Below are positions 39,811-46,899 of a stretch of DNA of 46,899 nucleotides, in pieces. A program made the position numbers and the translations under genes. The notes under the pieces are model-generated. The model searched no databases and was not told the origin of the DNA. It worked only from the letters and a program-made list of their open reading frames with translations. Each line of letters begins with the position of its first letter. The first letter of the stretch is position 1. Location: positions 1 to 46,899 of the IMG/VR virus record IMGVR_UViG_3300030433_000503; one strand, written 5' to 3'. Source of the stretch: a virus (lineage: Duplodnaviria > Caudoviricetes).

Positions 39811-39970
39811 AAAATATGTATTTGTACTCGACTATGAAGATGGTAGAGTGTATAGATATGATGTGTGGTTTGATGATTCAGAAAAAATAGAAGAATATTT
39901 AGACGACATGGGACACTCAATAGGTAATATAGAGTGGATGTTAACAAAATTTAAACGAGTAATAAAATAA
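39794..39970 (+). CDS. Hypothetical protein (58 aa)
   Basis: MEKKGRKYVFVLDYEDGRVYRYDV...; below the track cutoff; fills the gap. Confidence 0.65.
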   Translation: MEKKGRKYVFVLDYEDGRVYRYDVWFDDSEKIEEYLDDMGHSIGNIEWMLTKFKRVIK

Positions 39971-39971
39971 T

Positions 39972-40157
39972 ATGGATAGTAGAAAAGCTTACGAGCAAAT
40001 TAAAGAAGAAATAGTTGACAAAGAGTCAGCTTATCTATGTACTGAAGTAGAAAGAGCATTGGATAGAATAATTAATTACACTGATCCACTTGATGAAACT
40101 ATGTTCAGAGATATAAAAGCATCAGCCATTAAATTATTAAAAGAATGGCACTTGTAA
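39972..40157 (+). CDS. Hypothetical protein
   Basis: 61 aa. Confidence 0.65.
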   Translation: MDSRKAYEQIKEEIVDKESAYLCTEVERALDRIINYTDPLDETMFRDIKASAIKLLKEWHL

Positions 40158-40184
40158 TCAATTGATTATCAATAGATTACATTT

Positions 40185-40247
40185 GGGTTAAAACACGAAG
40201 GACGGTTAATACCCCAGGAAGCGTGGGCACTGTGCACGGTGCAACCC
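40185..40247 (+). ncRNA. Putative structured RNA (three-way junction) upstream of the tRNA
   Basis: GC-rich; GGGTT/AACCC closing stem, CACG/CGTG stem, GCACTG-TGCA-CGGTGC hairpin. Confidence 0.4.
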
Positions 40248-40254
40248 TTAATAT

Positions 40255-40326
40255 AGCGGGATAGAGCAGTGGTAGCTCGCAAGGCTCATAACCTTGAGGT
40301 CGTAGGTTCGACTCCTACTCCCGCAA
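40255..40326 (+). tRNA. tRNA-Met(CAT), initiator-type
   Basis: Cloverleaf with 1:72 mismatch, GAGC/GCTC D-stem (A11:U24), CAAGG-CTCATAA-CCTTG anticodon arm, GTAGG-TTCGACT-CCTAC T-arm; CCA not encoded. Confidence 0.93.
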
Positions 40327-40342
40327 CTATGACAAAATGTCA

Positions 40343-40373
40343 CGAAACATAATACGAATATAGTAAGATAATA
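40343..40373 (+). promoter_or_regulatory. Class I promoter motif, copy 5
   Basis: CGAAACATAATACGAATATAGTAAGATAATA. Confidence 0.75.
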
Positions 40374-40385
40374 AAATAAAACAAT

Positions 40386-40625
40386 ATGAAAAACACATGG
40401 CAACAACTCAAGCCTCATTATCAAATCAAGATTAGACATGCGGCGCACAAGTATCATACTGCTAAAAGACTTAAGTATAAACTTATGGCTTCAGATGGTT
40501 GGTATGATTTACAATTAGATACTATTAGAGACATACTAATGTTTACTGACAAGCACAGCTATGATGTTAATGGTGCAGATATTATGTATGGAAATGAATT
40601 TTTAAAACCCGACTCAAATGACTAG
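40386..40625 (+). CDS. Early hypothetical protein
   Basis: 79 aa after a class I motif. Confidence 0.7.
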   Translation: MKNTWQQLKPHYQIKIRHAAHKYHTAKRLKYKLMASDGWYDLQLDTIRDILMFTDKHSYDVNGADIMYGNEFLKPDSND

Positions 40626-40983
40626 ATGGAGACAAGAACAATTACGACTAGAAAATGCATACGCACGCGCTATGCTTCACGAAGACGGTATCGTAGAAGT
40701 TACCACGAAAAGACAATGGAAAAACGGTACACGTCAATTTAAATTACCAACAGGACAAATGTTAGCAACCTACAAATCAGGTTATGTACGTAGATGTGAT
40801 AGCAGCGATAGAATATGGCAGCTAAACCCTAAGTATCAACGTGAAGTAAGATGGGTAATGCTTAACGGTACTGAACTAGTTACTCAAAGATTTACAACGT
40901 GGTCAAGAGCACTGATCTGGTCAGGTTTAGCTAGATTAAACTTCTTACACGAATATGCAAAGAAAAATTACTTAAATAAATAA
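40618..40983 (+). CDS. Hypothetical protein
   Basis: 121 aa. Confidence 0.7.
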   Translation: MTRWRQEQLRLENAYARAMLHEDGIVEVTTKRQWKNGTRQFKLPTGQMLATYKSGYVRRCDSSDRIWQLNPKYQREVRWVMLNGTELVTQRFTTWSRALIWSGLARLNFLHEYAKKNYLNK

Positions 40984-40985
40984 AT

Positions 40986-41444
40986 ATGGCAGAACTATTA
41001 ACAGATGAGATAATCATCGAAAAACTAAACGAAGAAGACGGTATTATGCAAGAGCCAGATGGTCCTTGGTTACGAGAATATCTATACGAAAATTATGGTG
41101 GTAGTCTTGATACTACTAGCGATTTTGTAGATGACAAATGGACTTTAAAAATATACAGCGAATCAACTTATGATGGCTATGATATATTTTGGTGTACATT
41201 TGATTCTAAACCTCATATATGTCAAGACGGTTATTACTATGAAGATTATTCTGACTGGTCTGAAAAAGCAATAGAAGAATTAGTTAATGGTAGTAATGTA
41301 TGGATAGAAAATCATATATGGGACGACATGGAATACGACTTTAATGCTGCACTAGAAGAGTGGTGGCAAGATATATATGAAGAGTTATATGAACAAAAGA
41401 AAGAAGAATTATTAGATACAGAAGAATATTATGAAGAAAATTAA
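40986..41444 (+). CDS. Highly acidic hypothetical protein
   Basis: 152 aa, D/E/Y/W-rich. Confidence 0.7.
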   Translation: MAELLTDEIIIEKLNEEDGIMQEPDGPWLREYLYENYGGSLDTTSDFVDDKWTLKIYSESTYDGYDIFWCTFDSKPHICQDGYYYEDYSDWSEKAIEELVNGSNVWIENHIWDDMEYDFNAALEEWWQDIYEELYEQKKEELLDTEEYYEEN

Positions 41445-41688
41445 CAGCACATTACCTGACTGGTTTAATGGTGAGGTATATGAAGAAGGTGAAACAATTA
41501 CTAATCCTTTTACTGGTGAGTCTTATGACTTAAACGCTGGTGAAACATCTATGTACGACTTAATTATGGGAATTAATTATGTTGGTGATCATAGAGGTTG
41601 GGACGATGAATTAATAGAAACACATCAAAAAGCTTTATCTTGGTTTAGAACTGTAAACCCAAAAGCTTATATGGTATTATTAGATTAA
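41431..41688 (+). CDS. Hypothetical protein
   Basis: 85 aa; NPFTGE...WFRTVNPKAYMVLLD. Confidence 0.7.
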   Translation: MKKINSTLPDWFNGEVYEEGETITNPFTGESYDLNAGETSMYDLIMGINYVGDHRGWDDELIETHQKALSWFRTVNPKAYMVLLD

Positions 41689-41694
41689 ACTAAC

Positions 41695-41790
41695 GGGCGC
41701 GATAAGGTATTGACCGAGACGTGGTAACAGTAAGCGTAAGCTGAATCCAACCGAGTCATGGTAACGCAGGTTCGAATCCTGCCGCGTCCA
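41695..41790 (+). ncRNA. Mini-tmRNA: tRNA-like domain with Ala identity and no normal mRNA-like domain
   Basis: GGGCGCG/CGCGTCC-A acceptor with G3-U70 and A73; unpaired D-loop ATAAGGTATTGA; helix CCGAGAC/GTCATGG; TAAC linker; GCAGG-TTCGAAT-CCTGC T-arm. Confidence 0.7.
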
Positions 41791-41804
41791 CTAAAATTTA
41801 AATT

Positions 41805-42344
41805 ATGGCAACAAGAAACTTAATAATGGTCGTAGACCGCAAACACAGTAGTAAATACCCAGAAGGTTTTGCTATACATCCTGATCTTGTTAGGCAACAT
41901 AGTTATGTGAATATGTACATGCACCATGACGGTTATCCTCAGTGGCAAGGTGTGCAAATTGCTAACTGGTTACTAGCAGGTAATAACGGGTGTCAAAATG
42001 GAAGTAGACTAGCATCTAAATTAGTACATGATATGTATTATGATAGTTGTTATCTATATCCTGATGCAGAAAATATAGATCACGAGTATAGATATATAAT
42101 ATGGACTGGTGACAAAGATAAAATACATGTAAGTTGCTGGAATCTTTACACTAATGATTGTGTATTTGTATTAAAACCTGAAAAGATTATATCTAAATAT
42201 TATGATGATATGGAATATACTGACTTTGCTAATGGTGAAACTAGAAATGGAGATAAAAAATGGAATAAAGATGATGTAGCAGAATATAATAGAATTAGGA
42301 GTCACGCTCAAAGAATAGTAGATATACTAACCCATGAAGACTAA
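41805..42344 (+). CDS. Hypothetical protein (MATR...HHDGYP type)
   Basis: 179 aa with YMHHDGYP motif. Confidence 0.75.
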   Translation: MATRNLIMVVDRKHSSKYPEGFAIHPDLVRQHSYVNMYMHHDGYPQWQGVQIANWLLAGNNGCQNGSRLASKLVHDMYYDSCYLYPDAENIDHEYRYIIWTGDKDKIHVSCWNLYTNDCVFVLKPEKIISKYYDDMEYTDFANGETRNGDKKWNKDDVAEYNRIRSHAQRIVDILTHED

Positions 42345-42414
42345 CATAGATAAATATTTCATATTTATTATGAATATAATTATATTATTACATGTTTAAA
42401 AATAGAATTACAAA

Positions 42415-42445
42415 CGAAACTTAATACGAAAAAAGTTAGATAATA
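42415..42445 (+). promoter_or_regulatory. Class I promoter motif, copy 6
   Basis: CGAAACTTAATACGAAAAAAGTTAGATAATA; last base is the A of the next ATG. Confidence 0.7.
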
Positions 42446-42678
42446 TGACTGATGAACAAATCGAACAATTAGCTCAACGTGTGGCTAAACTCATACTTAA
42501 TCATTTGCATGAAGGTTTAATACTTGACATGCAGCCTGACGAAGAAGAAGATTTATTAGCAGAACTAGCTAGATGCATGACACTTATGAGTAAGTATCTA
42601 GCTGAAGAGCAATATGAAAAGTGTGAATTATTAAAAAAGAAAATTAAAACAATAGAAAAAAAATTAAAAAACCTATGA
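42445..42678 (+). CDS. Small protein with C-terminal UVR-like coiled coil
   Basis: YLAEEQYEKCELLKKKIKTIE matches the UvrB/C motif pattern. Confidence 0.6.
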   Translation: MTDEQIEQLAQRVAKLILNHLHEGLILDMQPDEEEDLLAELARCMTLMSKYLAEEQYEKCELLKKKIKTIEKKLKNL

Positions 42679-43550
42679 TGAAACCTATGCTTGCACACAA
42701 GTTTGATAACAGTCGAGTTGACTGGTCACTACCTGTGTACATACAACCCAAACTAGATGGCGTCCGCTGTCTAATTAAAAGAGTATCAGACTTTCCTGGT
42801 CAAGAAAACTTAGCTTCATTCAGTGTAAAGGCATACTCACGAACAGGTAAAGAATTTAAAAACGTTAGGCATATCACAAATGCTTTAAAACCGTTTTTCT
42901 TTAACAACCCTGATGTAACACTCGATGGCGAGTTGTATAATCACAAACTTAAAAACGACTTTGAAAAAATTATATCATTAGTTCGTAAGCAAAAGCCTAC
43001 CGCAGATGATAGATTAAATGCTCAGCACCTTGTGCAGTTTCATGTATACGATTACTTTGATGGTGTCAAATATGACAGCTACAAAACTCGTATGCAACAA
43101 CTTGTAACATCAGACATATATGATGCTCAGATCAAGTATGTACCTGCGCAATTAGTTGACAGTTATAATTATGCTAGAGATATACATGCTAAGTTATTAA
43201 GTGAGGGCTACGAAGGCTCTATCATAAGACTTGATGGTCTATACAAACACGGTAGATCTTACGACTTAATGAAATTTAAAGACTTCAGTGATGCTGAAGC
43301 AACTATTGTAGGTTATGAATTAGGTAAAGGCAAAAGGACGGGCACGCTTGGCAAGTTTCTGATGCTAGATGACGAAGGTGTACAGTTCGGTTGTCCACCG
43401 GGCAAAGGCTACAACTACAAGGATTTAGCAAATATGTTACTTAACATTAATGACTATATTGGTCAGCGTGCAACCTTTACCTATTTTCAACGAACACAAG
43501 CAGGTAGTTACAGACACCCGCTATTTAAATGTATTAGAAATTATGAGTAA
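42675..43550 (+). CDS. ATP-dependent DNA ligase
   Basis: QPKLDGVR (motif I), LDGELY, FHVYD, EGSII, LMKFK, OB-fold end. Confidence 0.93.
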   Translation: MMKPMLAHKFDNSRVDWSLPVYIQPKLDGVRCLIKRVSDFPGQENLASFSVKAYSRTGKEFKNVRHITNALKPFFFNNPDVTLDGELYNHKLKNDFEKIISLVRKQKPTADDRLNAQHLVQFHVYDYFDGVKYDSYKTRMQQLVTSDIYDAQIKYVPAQLVDSYNYARDIHAKLLSEGYEGSIIRLDGLYKHGRSYDLMKFKDFSDAEATIVGYELGKGKRTGTLGKFLMLDDEGVQFGCPPGKGYNYKDLANMLLNINDYIGQRATFTYFQRTQAGSYRHPLFKCIRNYE

Positions 43551-43653
43551 ATTAATATGGCAACTATACCAAGACAACATGATAAGTTACGAGGTAGCAA
43601 ACCTCTTATTAGACAAACATTATAATAGATTAGAACATAAAAGATACAAATGA
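43543..43653 (+). CDS. Small hypothetical protein (36 aa)
   Basis: MSKLIWQLYQDNMISYEVANLLLD...; start reassigned to the overlap ATG. Confidence 0.5.
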   Translation: MSKLIWQLYQDNMISYEVANLLLDKHYNRLEHKRYK

Positions 43654-43757
43654 GAAGAAAATTATACGAACACTTAGTAAGTACCAATGTATTTGGTATT
43701 AGAGATAAAATAAAACAATTAAAAAAAGGCAGAAAAAAAAGAAATGAAAAAATATAA
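43650..43757 (+). CDS. Small hypothetical protein (35 aa)
   Basis: MRRKLYEHLVSTNVFGIRDK...; ATGA overlap; fills the gap. Confidence 0.4.
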   Translation: MRRKLYEHLVSTNVFGIRDKIKQLKKGRKKRNEKI

Positions 43758-44487
43758 TGTAGCTAACTACATTCGGTATAAAGAGGATTTAAAAGCAAGT
43801 ATGCCAAAAGATAAACCTTATAAAGATTATACCAGACAAGAACTAATAGTAAAGTTTTTACCATTAGTAGAAACACTAGGTAGAAAATTTTCAACTAGTG
43901 ATCAAGCTTCAGGTGTTATGAGTATTATGGATATAATACAAGCTGGCAGCGAAGCATTAACAAAAGCAGTTGACAGATTAGACTGGGAAACAGTAGATAA
44001 ATCTGACGACGTAGAAAAAACTTTAAAATCATTTTTTAGTAAACGTATTAAAGGTGGAATACGTAGACGTATAGATGCCGCTCGTGGTAACATACGTATA
44101 CCAGAACACCAATTAAATCATATGCGTAAAACAAAAGATAAAAAAGCTGTTGAAATGTTTTTTAATAGTATATTTTTATCTATTGACGCTAAAGTAAATG
44201 ATGAAGATATATTTAATCAAATACCTGATAAATCAGAACCATACAACATACACTTAATGAATTTATACTTAAAAAGCTTAATGCAAAAGTATTTAGAATT
44301 TGGTGAGTATGAAGTATTAAGATTAAGTTATGGGTTAGACTGTGATAAGCACTCAGCCAAAGAAATAGCTGCTAAACTAGGCATTGAAGGATCGTCTAAT
44401 TATGTACGTGTTTCAGAGCTAAAAAAGCAAGCTGTAAATAAGCTTATAGATAATGTAGATCACTCGCAAGTGCTTGATTATCTGTAA
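43744..44487 (+). CDS. Phage sigma70-family RNA polymerase sigma factor
   Basis: Region 2 (RQELIVKFLPLV...DIIQAGSEALTKAVD...IRIPEH) and region 4 HTH (VLRLSYGL...AKEIAAKLGI...RVSELKKQAVNKL). Confidence 0.88.
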   Translation: MKKYNVANYIRYKEDLKASMPKDKPYKDYTRQELIVKFLPLVETLGRKFSTSDQASGVMSIMDIIQAGSEALTKAVDRLDWETVDKSDDVEKTLKSFFSKRIKGGIRRRIDAARGNIRIPEHQLNHMRKTKDKKAVEMFFNSIFLSIDAKVNDEDIFNQIPDKSEPYNIHLMNLYLKSLMQKYLEFGEYEVLRLSYGLDCDKHSAKEIAAKLGIEGSSNYVRVSELKKQAVNKLIDNVDHSQVLDYL

Positions 44488-44496
44488 GTTAGATAT

Positions 44497-44524
44497 GTAA
44501 ATTAATGTTTAAATATGTAATTAT
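44497..44524 (+). promoter_or_regulatory. Class II promoter motif heading the replication genes
   Basis: GTAA-N16-GTAATTAT, directly after the sigma gene. Confidence 0.7.
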
Positions 44525-44530
44525 AATACT

Positions 44531-45043
44531 ATGACCATTAACGAAAAATTATCACAAATTCAAGTAAGATTTAAATCGAAAAAAAGTAGATTTAATTCCT
44601 TCGGTAAGTATTACTTCCGGTCAGCCGAAGACATTTTAGAAGCTATTAAACCCTTTAACAAGGAGTTAGGTGTATATGTCGTAATTAACGAAGAGTTAGT
44701 TAGCGATCATGCTATACCTGTATTAAAAACAACAGCAACATTATGCGATGGCACAAGCAGTGTGTCAGCATCAGCATTAGTTGGAGTTGATCTTAATCAG
44801 AAAGGTATGCAAACACCTCAACAGTTTGGCTCTGCGTCTTCGTATGGCAAAAAATACGCATTAGGAAATTTATTCCTAATTGATGATACTCAAGATAGTG
44901 ATGCTACTAATAACCACGGTAAAGATAAACTTACTGATATTAGTAAAGCTAAAACCTATATTAAATCAGGTGGTACTGTAGATGCTATTAAAAAGAAGTA
45001 TCAATTAACATCAGCTCAAGAAGCTGAACTTAAAACTCTCTAA
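44531..45043 (+). CDS. ERF-family ssDNA annealing protein
   Basis: FNSFGKYYFRSAEDILEAIKP, GMQTPQQFGSASSYGKKYALGNLFLIDDTQDSD. Confidence 0.85.
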   Translation: MTINEKLSQIQVRFKSKKSRFNSFGKYYFRSAEDILEAIKPFNKELGVYVVINEELVSDHAIPVLKTTATLCDGTSSVSASALVGVDLNQKGMQTPQQFGSASSYGKKYALGNLFLIDDTQDSDATNNHGKDKLTDISKAKTYIKSGGTVDAIKKKYQLTSAQEAELKTL

Positions 45044-45774
45044 TGAATAAAGAAAATGTAATTGAAAAGTTACGTGATGACAAGCATTATTATGGAGACT
45101 TTGGTAAAAAGTATCTAAGTAATTCTGACATCAAAGCTTTACTTACAAATCCTTTAGCTTTAGGAAAGCCTAGCGAGCCTAGGCCTGCATTCTTAGTCGG
45201 TGGATATTTTCACACGTGTATACTTGAACCAGATAAACTGCAAAAGTACACAGTAATACCTTCATCGACTAGGAATACTAAAGTTTACAAAGAGATGTCT
45301 GGTGGTGAACTATGCTTATTACAACATGAAGTTGATGCAATAGAAAAATTAACTAATATTATGTTAGATAATGATGTTTGCAAAGCAATGATACGTGATA
45401 GTAACACAGAATATGAAACGCCAGGTATTAAAGAGATCGAGGGTGAAATGTGGAAAGGTAAAGCAGATATAATAAACCACAATGAAAAATTAGTAATTGA
45501 TTTAAAAACTACTAATGATATTCAAAAATTTAAGTGGTCTGCTTCTAAATACAATTATGACTCTCAAGCTTATATTTATAGCGAGTTGTTTGGTTATGAA
45601 ATGGTTTTTATTGTAATAGATAAAAACACAGGACAACTCGGAATATTTGACTGCTCACCAGAATTTTATGCAAAGGGTAAAGACAAAGTCCAACGAGCAG
45701 TGGAAGCTTATAGATTATTTTATAAGCAAGATGGTTTTGACCCAAAGCAATATTTTATTAATAAAACCTTATAA
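45043..45774 (+). CDS. PD-(D/E)XK exonuclease (RecE/ExoVIII-like)
   Basis: LSNSDIK, GGYFH, KGKADI...IDLKTT, YDSQAYIY. Confidence 0.85.
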   Translation: MNKENVIEKLRDDKHYYGDFGKKYLSNSDIKALLTNPLALGKPSEPRPAFLVGGYFHTCILEPDKLQKYTVIPSSTRNTKVYKEMSGGELCLLQHEVDAIEKLTNIMLDNDVCKAMIRDSNTEYETPGIKEIEGEMWKGKADIINHNEKLVIDLKTTNDIQKFKWSASKYNYDSQAYIYSELFGYEMVFIVIDKNTGQLGIFDCSPEFYAKGKDKVQRAVEAYRLFYKQDGFDPKQYFINKTL

Positions 45775-45775
45775 T

Positions 45776-45955
45776 ATGCCAAGAACTAGAAAAAACCAAA
45801 TGAAAGTATGCAGTGTAACTGGATTAGAAACTTCTGTAAATAATTTTTACAAAAATCAAAACCATGTTAAAGCTGTGGATAATTTAAGAAGAACTACAAA
45901 TGCTAGTAAAGAGCAATTGCAGAGAATGTTTAACCAAATTAATCAATACGCGTAA
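45776..45955 (+). CDS. Small hypothetical protein (59 aa)
   Basis: Start reassigned to ATG 45776 (MPRTRKNQMKVCSVTG...). Confidence 0.6.
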   Translation: MPRTRKNQMKVCSVTGLETSVNNFYKNQNHVKAVDNLRRTTNASKEQLQRMFNQINQYA

Positions 45956-46266
45956 TGGCAGGAATTATTAAAGGTAGTATTAACTTATCTGAAATACCTA
46001 AAGACAAAATTGTTGAAGGTAAAAAAGGTAAGTATCTACCAATATCAATTACGATTAACGATGAAGTCGATCAGTTCGGTAACTTCGGTCCAATCATAGT
46101 TGATCAGTCAAAAGAGGAAAGAGATGCTAAGGTTGCTAAGAAATATCTTGGTAACGTTAGAGTTGTTTGGAGCAACGGTACTTTCCCTGATGCACCAAAG
46201 CAAGGCGCACCAGCTCCAGCTTTGAAAGCAGCAGCAGTTGAAGTAAAAGATGATTTACCATTTTAA
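45955..46266 (+). CDS. Putative single-stranded DNA-binding protein
   Basis: 103 aa ending in the SSB-type acidic tail DDLPF. Confidence 0.7.
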   Translation: MAGIIKGSINLSEIPKDKIVEGKKGKYLPISITINDEVDQFGNFGPIIVDQSKEERDAKVAKKYLGNVRVVWSNGTFPDAPKQGAPAPALKAAAVEVKDDLPF

Positions 46267-46276
46267 TTAAATCTAA

Positions 46277-46899
46277 ATGCAAGTAGAACAATACGAGATC
46301 AATGGATTTGTTATTGACCAGTTCAATCAATATAATCTAGAGCAGAAGAAACAGGGTATATGTCCTCTTTGTTCTCATAATAGAAAACCCGAAAATCGTA
46401 AGAAAAAATGTGCTTCATACGACTGGGAACGTGGTCTTGGAACTTGCCACAACTGTGATTCAACATTTCAACTACATACGTATCAACGTAAAGGAGCAAC
46501 TGATAAAGAGTATATTAGACCAGTTGACCCACCGCAAGAAGAATTTAATATTCCTCGTACTAAAGTAGCTGAGTGGTTTGAAACTAGAGGTATATCTACA
46601 GAGACTCTCATTGATTTACAAATCAGTGAGGGTCCTGAGTATATGCCGCAAACCGGTAAGACCGAGAACACTATCAAGTTTAATTATTATGTAGGCGATC
46701 AGCTTATTAATGTAAAATATAGAGATGGTAGAAAAAACTTTAAATTATATAAAGGTGCTGAAAAGGTATTCTATAATATCAACAGTATCGTGGGTTATGA
46801 TAGTTGTGTTATAACCGAAGGAGAAATGGATGTACTTGCTTTACATGAAGCAGGTATTAAAAACTGTGTGTCTGTACCTAATGGTGCAACAATAACACA
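46277..46899 (+). CDS. Primase-helicase (T7 gp4/Twinkle-like), N-terminal part
   Basis: Zinc finger CPLCS...CHNC, NVKYRDG, TOPRIM ITEGEMDVL...SVPNGA; runs off the right edge. Confidence 0.88.
   Translation, partial: MQVEQYEINGFVIDQFNQYNLEQKKQGICPLCSHNRKPENRKKKCASYDWERGLGTCHNCDSTFQLHTYQRKGATDKEYIRPVDPPQEEFNIPRTKVAEWFETRGISTETLIDLQISEGPEYMPQTGKTENTIKFNYYVGDQLINVKYRDGRKNFKLYKGAEKVFYNINSIVGYDSCVITEGEMDVLALHEAGIKNCVSVPNGATIT

Noticed and set aside
40326-40385. Theta (HDV-like) ribozyme after the tRNA
   Set aside because: Downstream sequence is AT-rich and occupied by a short palindrome and a promoter motif; no nested pseudoknot seen.
37945-42445. CRISPR array from the 31-bp repeats
   Set aside because: Repeats are degenerate, irregularly spaced (156 bp to 2 kb) and separated by genes; promoter-like.
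1-46899. Stop-codon reassignment as in some crAss-like phages
   Set aside because: Long genes are intact under code 11; TAG (27871, 39810) and TGA act as stops; no suppressor tRNA.

Overview
A 46.9-kb AT-rich segment of a lytic podovirus-type phage genome with crAss-like (phi14:2-type) gene order, probably infecting a marine Bacteroidota/Flavobacteria host (inferred from gene order and A-rich, SD-less start contexts). The minus-strand arm (1-37671) is the late/virion module: ejection proteins, a split muzzle, ring proteins, major capsid, scaffold, portal, TerL/TerS, a tandem-GroES protein, a head-spike module, holin, HExxH peptidase, GroES/GroEL and fibre proteins. The plus-strand arm (38173-end) is the early/replication module: small ORFs, tRNA-fMet, ATP-dependent ligase, sigma70-family factor, ERF recombinase, PD-(D/E)XK nuclease, SSB and primase-helicase. 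Four observations stand out. (1) A 96-nt mini-tmRNA with G3-U70 alanine identity and no normal mRNA-like domain, among other tRNA-like small RNAs. (2) A GC-rich island in terL that coincides with an overprinted +1-frame lipoprotein-like ORF. (3) A sigma70 region-2-like domain inside the giant ejection protein. (4) Two phage-specific promoter classes, six copies each, suggesting a two-sigma cascade in which the first sigma is injected with the virion. All calls come from reading the sequence by eye; no searches were run.
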